A stretch of 63,879 nucleotides of DNA, the filler included, from Thraustochytrium aureum (taxonomy: Eukaryota), in NCBI GenBank assembly GCA_012862495.1. It is 6 parts of 4 records of this genome, joined end to end, with 100 filler letters (N's around TTAATTAATTAA, not from the genome) between each part and the next. Parts side by side here need not be neighbours in the genome. Positions count along the whole stretch, not along the records: positions 56,269 to 58,890 come from BLSG01000063.1; positions 58,991 to 62,343 come from BLSG01000065.1; positions 62,444 to 63,879 come from BLSG01000077.1; 3 more parts are not named here. The stretch is one strand, 5' to 3'. Position numbers and translations under genes: made by a program. This document shows, piece after piece, positions 56,343 to 63,879 of this stretch (positions within the stretch are counted from its first letter, which is position 1; the number at the start of each line of letters is the position of its first letter). The notes below the pieces were generated by a model. It saw only the letters and a program-made list of their open reading frames with translations, did not search any database and was not told the DNA's origin.

Positions 56343-57538
56343 ATGGGGCTCGCGCAGATTGCGCTGCTGGGCGACTCGTTGACGCAGGAAGGCACAGCTG
56401 CCGGCGGCTGGGGACAGCTGCTGACGGACGGTGAGTCAGGCGCCCGCTCTCGACGGTGGCCCATGTGGAACAGGGCGCGCGGATGGCGAGGTGGGGGCTC
56501 TGGCCGCCGAGGCTGCGGTGGTCTTTGTGGCCCGACTCCTGGACGGGGAGTGCGGCCTGACCCCAGTTGGGCTCGACGGTGCCGCTCGCGGACGGTTGCT
56601 AGGGGCATCGCTGACTGATACCGTGCAGCGTATGTGCGAAGGGCGGATGTGGTCAACCGCGGGTTTTCCGGGTACAACTCGAGGTGGATCCTGGATATGC
56701 TCGACGGCAACCGGCTGGGCCTCGCTGACGAGGTCAAGCTGGCAACCGTCCTGCTCGGGGCGAGTAAGTTGCGGACGGTGGCTGGGCGGCCCAGGTGGAC
56801 CCGCGCAGACTGCGCGACTGACGGCTCGCGGACGAAGACGACGTGAGCACCGAGTCACAGAACGTGCCCATTGACGAATACGAGGACAACATGAGCCAGA
56901 TCGTGAGCTACCTTAAAGAGACCCACAAGTGCGACAAGGTCATCGTTATCACGCCTCCGCCGATCGACGACGAAATGTACGCCAACGATTTTCTCAAGCC
57001 GCGGGCTGAACGCGTCGGCAAGAAGCTCGAGGATATGCCCGTTGACCGGAGCGAGGCGCTCCTCGTCCCGTACGTGGAGGCATGCAAGCGCGTGGCGGCC
57101 AAACACGGCGTCCCGCTCCTCAACGCGTTCGAGCTTCTCAAGGAGGCTGCAGCGCGAGACAATGTCAAAGTGGGCGCCTTTCTTCGCGATGGCCTCCACC
57201 TCAACCTGGCGGGGAACAAGGCTTTGTTTGAGGGCTTGATGGCGGTGATCAGGGACAAGTTTCCTCGCATTTTCCCGACCCCGTGCCCGCACTCGGGAAA
57301 CCCCGCCAACTCGGGCTCCCTGTGCGACGACCTTCCCCCGCTGGGGGCCCTGGTGGGACCAGATCGATCCCGCAGCCGGCAAGGCAAGTATCTGAGCGTC
57401 GGGTTCCCTGAGGCGCCGCCCGCGAAGAGGCCCAAGACGTCTTGCGACGCGGAGACCGGGGACACCAAGGTGAGGGGCGGGCGCCGAGCGCGCGACGGGC
57501 CAGCCCGCTTGCGTCCCGCCCAGGGCCGCAACTACTAG
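56343..57538 (+). CDS. IAH1: SGNH/GDSL esterase, IAH1-like; introns 56431-56628 and 56764-56837
   Basis: LLGDSLTQ, RRADVVNRGFSGYNSRW, LGAND (spliced), ITPPPID, FLRDGLHL. Confidence 0.88.
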
Positions 57539-57603
57539 CCAGCTAAAGAAAGTCCGGTGTGCCTGCATCTACGTGCTAATAGCGCCGGCTCGCCTCGGCT
57601 CGG

Positions 57604-58747
57604 CTACGCCCGCGCGAGCGGCTCGAGGCCGGCAGCCCCAGCCTGGCCGCCGCTGCCTCCGCCGCCCGAGACGTTGCGCGCAACGTCCCCTACCAACGTA
57701 AACCCGGCGTCGTGGGCCGCGTCCCCTGAGCGCGGCATGTGGCTGTTGTACACGGCCACGCCGACGACGATGATCGCCAGCGCCGCAAAGTACAGCGCAT
57801 ACAGGCTCTCCTGGAAGATCAGGTAAGCGGCCATGACGGCCCAGACGTCCGAACTGAGCAGCGACAAGTTGAGCAGCGTCGCGTCGTAAAAACTGACAAA
57901 AAGTACGAGATGCCCGAGTACATTCCGCACAAGGCGAGCACGTAGCCGACCAAGCAGGCCGCCACCACCGGCTCGCCCAGCGCAGCTGCCGCCTGCAGCT
58001 TATCGTACTCTGTGAGCGCGACCAGCACCGCGCTATACGCAGCGCCGAACAGCCCGAGCAGAACAGGTACTCGCGGCGGTCAAAGTGCTTGACCATTACC
58101 TCCTGCGCCACGTTGGAGGACCCGTAGCACACCGCCGCGGCCACCGCGAGCGCGTCCCCCAGCAGCGCGTTTGGGGCGGACCCGGGCCCCGCGTCACGCG
58201 AGATCACGTCGCTCAGCACCACAAGCGCAAGGCCCAACAAGCTCACGGCGACGCCGACAAAGTTGCGCGTCCCGAAGTGCGTCCCGAGGAAGAGCCGGCT
58301 GAGCACCATCACCACCGGGATCGCAAAGCAGTCCAGCAGCGTCACGCTCGTAATGTTGGTAAACCGATACGCGAGGACCGCGAGGTAATTCCCAAGGACA
58401 TCCCCGAGCGCGATCGAGGCGTACACGTGCACGGGCACCTTGAACAGCGCCGCGCTCGGCTCCCCAGCCTCGCGCCCGCTAATCACGCCGCGCTCCCACG
58501 CCCACGCCGCGCCGTACGTCCACGCGAGGGCGCAGTACGCCAGCCAGTTTTGGAAGGCTGGCACACTGAGCTCGGCCCCATCATTTCCAGCCGAGCCTCT
58601 GGCAAGCAGCTGCGAGAACACCCCAGTGCAGGCCAGCATCACGCTGAGTCCTTGGCCGGCCAGCAAGCCGCCCCATCCGCGCCTGGCGCTCTTGCGAGGA
58701 CCGGGAGCGCCGTGCCGGTCCTCGAGGTCCACTCGTTGCTCGTCCAT
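57604..58747 (-). CDS. SLC35F1/F2-like (DUF914) transporter, several frameshifts
   Basis: GQGLSVMLACTGVFSQLL, DVLGNYLAVLAYRFTNITSVTLLDCFAIP, YGSSNVAQE, ATLLNLSLLSSDVWAV. Confidence 0.88.
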
Positions 58748-59708
58748 CCCGCGCCACCCGCAACCAACCCTGCGCGCGGCGCGGGCGCCCGGCGCTACGC
58801 TGCGCGCTTACGAGCAAGCGCGCAAGCCCCTGCGCGGGTTGGAGGGACGGTGCTCGCTCGGGGATGGAGCGAGAGATCCGATGGGATGAANNNNNNNNNN
58901 NNNNNNNNNNNNNNNNNNNNNNNNNNNNNNNNNNTTAATTAATTAANNNNNNNNNNNNNNNNNNNNNNNNNNNNNNNNNNNNNNNNNNNNCGCCGAGCAC
59001 TACGTGAATGAGAGCCTTTCAATTCAAAAGAAGTGACGCTGACACTCGAGCCATCCTGCCCACTTAATTAAAGAAAAAAAATCACGTAACGTCGCTGCTT
59101 GATTGACTGCTGAAGAAGCCACCAACGCCACCAACGGTCACGTGAAAAGGGCAGCGCAGACGCGGGTCATTCTGCTTTTGCCAGTCCTGCCAATCTGCGG
59201 GTAATCGTGTGCCTGTGAATTTGGAAAGCAAAAAGCGGTGCTCTTGCCATCGACTTCTTTCCCCAAGCCCCAAAGCCTCTCGTGGCAGTGCCAGGAGTGT
59301 CGCTTTCATGCTGCGCGTCTGCTGGCAGCCGTGGAGTGCAGAGTTCTATCCGTTCAGTCCGCATCCTGCGTTTCGCACTCGCGGCGGTAAAACTGTAGCT
59401 AATTCCTGAATACAAAGCGCGAGACACGTGATCCGTCGCGCTGGAAGATCTCTTTTCAATACACCACCAACCACCAACAACCACAAGTAAACAACAACGG
59501 ATACCTTCAACAGGCAAACCGCGTCCTTGCGCTTCCAAGCTCCCGAGGGTCTTGGCGGACTGTTGGACTGACTGCGAGACGAAACGGACCTTCACAGCAA
59601 CGCGCTGTTTAGAATTCTCCCAAGAATAAGGGTCATGCCGCCGACGCATCGCTGCGGCCGGCTACTCGCGACCAGCGCAAAACCCCGCAACGCAGGCGTG
59701 GCGGGGAG

Positions 59709-61902
59709 ATGGCCTCAGCAGCCGTGCACCCCGCGTGGTCATCGCAGCCTCCTGCATCGACCGCGCGCGGTTCGGGCGAGCTGGAGCGCGGCTTGGTGCT
59801 GCTCAAGCAAGGGACGATCGACTTGGCGAAGGACTACATTTATGATGACCTTGTTGAAGCGCGCGGGGACCAGGGCGACAGCGAAGGAGCGCTCGTCTAT
59901 GTGCTCGTCCCCGAACTCGAGGCCTTCCACTACGACAGCAGGGATATGGTTTGCAAGCGCTTGTTTGGTGCGCGTGCTGCCGCGGCTCTTATCACACTAC
60001 TCCGACGACCATGGGGGTTGGCAGTGTTTGTGATTCCGTTTTTAATTGCGCAAATCTCTTGGCCGCTGTCGCTTGCGCAAAAGGATGAGCAGCTGGCCAT
60101 CTTGGCGCTTTGCTTCCTTCCTGCAATCGCTGGACTTGCGCTCCTGTGGAACCCAACAGTTCTCATGCTTCTCATTCGACAGTTCGCCTTCCAGTTTGGT
60201 GCGGCCAACGCGCTCATCTTTTGGATGTCTTCGCGCGCAATCATGCCTGGCTTTACGTTTGGTTGCGGGCATGCCGTTTACTTTTTCGTGCTCCTTGCAT
60301 CGATCTTAACGGACGTCATACCGCGGACGCTGGTCAAGCGGACAAGGCTGTACTTGGCCGTGCTGGCACTGTTGTCCCACTTGGCCCTCTCGACGGCTAT
60401 CATGAGCGTGGCAATTCGCAACCTCGACGAGAACGGCGGGAGATCAAGCTTTTTGCAAGGTCGTTTTTTGGCGCAGCCTGCAATCTAACCATGACCTTCG
60501 TCACCATTCTCCGCCGGGCCTACGTGAGCCCAGACTGCTTTTCATTGCTAACCTCGCGAGCGCGGCTTGTTCGAGTGAACCCCCTAATGGCAAAGGTGCT
60601 CTCGAAGAGGCAACTCAGGGCCACANNNNNNNNNNNNNNNNNNNNNNNNNNNNNNNNNNNNNNNNNNNNNNNNNNNNNNNNNNNNNNNNNNNNNNNNNNN
60701 NNNNNNNNNNNNNNNNNNNNNNNNNNNNNNNNNNNNNNNNNNNNNNNNNNNNNNNNNNNNNNNNNNNNNNNNNNNNNNNNNNNNNNNNNNNNNNNNNNNN
60801 NNNNNNNNNNNNNNNNNNNNNNNNNNNNNNNNNNNNNNNNNNNNNNNNNNNNNNNNNNNNNNNNNNNNNNNNNNNNNNNNNNNNNNNNNNNNNNNNNNNN
60901 NNNNNNNNNNNNNNNNNNNNNNNNNNNNNNNNNNNNNNNNNNNNNNNNNNNNNNNNNNNNNNNNNNNNNNNNNNNNNNNNNNNNNNNNNNNNNNNNNNNN
61001 NNNNNNNNNNNNNNNNNNNNNNNNNNNNNNNNNNNNNNNNNNNNNNNNNNNNNNNNNNNNNNNNNNNNNNNNNNNNNNNNNNNNNNNNNNNNNNNNNNNN
61101 NNNNNNNNNNNNNNNNNNNNNNNNNNNNNNNNNNNNNNNNNNNNNNNNNNNNNNNNNNNNNNNNNNNNNNNNNNNNNNNNNNNNNNNNNNNNNNNNNNNN
61201 NNNNNNNNNNNNNNNNNNNNNNNNNNNNNNNNNNNNNNNNNNNNNNNNNNNNNNNNNNNNNNNNNNNNNNNNNNNNNNNNNNNNNNNNNNNNNNNNNNNN
61301 NNNNNNNNNNNNNNNNNNNNNNNNNNNNCTGGCATCCAAAGATGCAATCACTGGTGCGACTCACGCACTCGTTCACGGCAGTCGTAATCATCGCGCACAT
61401 TGTGTGTTGTGTCACAGGCGCCTTCGCCTTCGCCGCGAGGCGCATTTCGTTTGGCGGGACTCAGATCCCCATGGAGTCCACGCTTGTTGGCCTGCTTCTC
61501 ACCATACTTGCTTTCCTGATAAAGAGCGTCATTTCCCGTGTTAGCGACACCCACACGTTGGCGACGATGCGCTTCGCTGTAGAGTCGCGGCGGACGCTCA
61601 AGGAGACTGCACAAAAGATTGCATCCGCCTCAATTCACCACATCTTGGTGCTCTCGTCCGCAATTATTGCGGCCCAGACAGTCCCCGACCACAGGTTGAA
61701 CGATTTATCGTTCATCCAGGAAGAGATCGAGGTGGTTGATGAGGTTGCTGGCACTGGGCAACTCGTACAGCAACAACCAGGGGGTGCTGCTCCGACTGCG
61801 GGGATACCTTTAGTTAGTTCTCAACAGACGCAGTGTCAACTCGGAGGGAGCCGAACACCGGGTACGCGTTCTGCCTCCTTGGAGATTCTGCAGGATCGGT
61901 AA
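59709..61902 (+). CDS. Uncharacterised multipass membrane protein (frameshift at about 60450, gap 60626-61328); possibly two genes
   Basis: Runs of TM helices in ORFs 59709-60488 and 61342-61902 on the same strand. Confidence 0.5.
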
Positions 61903-62443
61903 TGGGGCAAATGGCCAACTCGCAAGTCTAAGCAAGTAGCCCGAAGAACAAACTTGTCGCCTGCGTCCACAATCATCGTCGCGAAAACGAGGTGCGCTAC
62001 CCAGTATGGATGCGCGACTTGCGCAAGACAGCCCAATCGTGGCATAATAGCTGTCGACGAGGCGCCTCAAGGTCGCAGAGGCGCTCGAGCGGCGTCAGTA
62101 GTCGAAGCGCGGAGGCAAAAGAGAATTCGACTGGTGCTGCCGCGCTCCGCTGCGTGGCCCGCAAACAAGACGAACCAGCTCACTGCCAGGGAGGGGCAAT
62201 GTAAAGAAAGCACGATGTGGCAGAGCCGGAGCCTGAGTTTACGATTCTGATGGGCGTCCTATGCTCATGCACTCAACGGCGCCACGGGATGCGTTGGGCC
62301 TGCTTGAGACCAAAACAAGACGGATTCACAAATATTTTTTTAANNNNNNNNNNNNNNNNNNNNNNNNNNNNNNNNNNNNNNNNNNNNTTAATTAATTAAN
62401 NNNNNNNNNNNNNNNNNNNNNNNNNNNNNNNNNNNNNNNNNNN

Positions 62444-63193
62444 GGTCAGGCTTGAACCTGTCGATCGCGGGCTTGACCACCCGCTCGAACGCCACACGGT
62501 AGGCACCATCGCCGCTGCCAGGCGGAACGGGACGTTGATGGTCGTCTCCTCTCCCTCGAGCAGTTCGCCGCGGCCAACAGGGTAGTTGTTGTCCTGGTGC
62601 AGTGAAATGAAGAGCATGTCCGAGTCGTTGCGGGCAGCCGTTTCCGTCCCGTTGCCATGGTGCACGTCAAAGTCGACAATTGCCACCCGCTTGGCGGGCC
62701 ATACAGAGCGCGCATGGAGAGCGGCCACCACAACGTTGTTAAAGATGCAAAACCCCATGCCGCGGTCGGGCTCTGCATGGTGTCCAGGCGGGCGAACCAG
62801 GCAGTACGCGTTCCTGGCTTGGCCGCCCAACACGGCGTCCACGGCAACCAAAACGCCGCCGGCTGACAGCTGGGCAATGCTGATCCCCCCGGGCCCCAGG
62901 CGAGCGAGCTCGCCGGTGTCGCCGCCTTGGCCGTCGCTCAAGGCTTGCACCCGGTCATAATAGTCTTGGGTGTGGAAGCGCGTGATCTCCTCTCGTGTCG
63001 CGAACCTCGCGCGGACGCGCAAGAGTTTGTCAGCGACTCCGCTCGAGCAGAGCAGCGAGTGCAGCCTGTGCTTGGTGTCCTTGTTTTCCCAGTGCTCGCC
63101 TGGCTGTGTCCATGGGTCGAACGAGATCGACCCGGGGTCGTGCCAGAGGTACTTTTCCTCAAACACGTACGCCGTCCTCGGCGCTGCCGCCAT
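62444..63193 (-). CDS. Zn-dependent class II HDAC-like amidohydrolase of bacterial HDAH type (truncated by the scaffold end)
   Basis: RTAYVFEEKYLWHD, HWENKDTKHRL, NAYCLVRPPGHHA, MGFCIFNN, VDFDVHHGNGT, ISLHQD. Confidence 0.92.
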
Positions 63194-63879
63194 GATGGCT
63201 TGTCGCCCTCGTCGAGCGCTTTCCGGCTGTCCAAGCTGCCAGCGAGCCGGCGGAACTTGGCGCGAACGACCTTGGGACTGTCGGCGCAAGGGCGAGAGCG
63301 AGTGCGGGAGCGTGCGGGGAGTTAGGTTATGCGGCGATAATCGATTGCGCTTGTCCCCATCAGACACACACTGTTTGTGAGAAGGTGAGTAGGCGGTCGA
63401 GTACTCTCGAGTACCGCAGGATGGAGCCGAGTAGCAGGATGGAGCTGTGATGGGGTTGCGCATCCGAGTCGCGGCGCTTCGTCGAAGCTGCTTCGGATGG
63501 CAATTTTTGCGTTCTGCCACGACGGCTTTTGCCATCGCCCCACTTTGGAAGCGCCGTCGTCGTTCATGCCATGCCGGCTCCCTGGCAAGCTGATGAGCCA
63601 GCTCGAGTCGCCCGCAGCAAACACATTTGGCTGCCCAAGTGTCAAGCCGTTGCCGAGTTGGACGGCTGCTTTTGACTCCCTTCGAGCCCCATGCCGCAGA
63701 GCAGAACAGCTTTAGGCGACCACGGCGCTTTGATGAAGAGATGCGCAACAAAGCCGCGTTACCCACCACCTCGCTGCTTCGAGAGCGAGGACGGCCCCGT
63801 TGACTTGTCGCCAGAGTTGCCGAAACGGCTCGTTGCAGGCCGTTTTCGCGCCGCGGCCCAAGGCATCGCGAGGCGAGTT

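Noticed and set aside
59320..59380. GTTCTATCC segment suggesting a tRNA T-loop
   Set aside because: I could not build a T-stem, acceptor stem or cloverleaf.

Overview
GC-rich, gene-dense, intron-poor eukaryotic draft DNA, most likely a flagellated stramenopile protist of the thraustochytrid/labyrinthulomycete type (inferred from WS/DGAT, IFT22, centriolin and gene structure; not proven). The window is six separate scaffolds joined by artificial N44-TTAATTAATTAA-N44 spacers, with many N gaps and single-base frameshifts that look like sequencing errors. It holds about 30 protein genes, among them a bZIP factor, two LACTB2-like and two TMEM64/TVP38-like paralogues, TIM10, WS/DGAT, TAF6, IFT22, centriolin, RPL12, LYAR, V-ATPase B and a bacterial-type HDAC. 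The most notable signal is in the bZIP gene, at about 2673-2834. It carries what looks like an IRE1-type non-spliceosomal intron: a canonical CAG|CAGT stem-loop, a second CCG|CAGC site 67 nt downstream, a self-folding intron and a long exon-exon helix. Removing the intron would replace a 176-codon hydrophobic tail with AAGII-stop. This points to a HAC1/XBP1/bZIP60-like unfolded-protein-response switch in a lineage where I know of none described. A second unexplained pattern is a set of CTCTA...TAGAG palindromes that recur at gene 3' ends.
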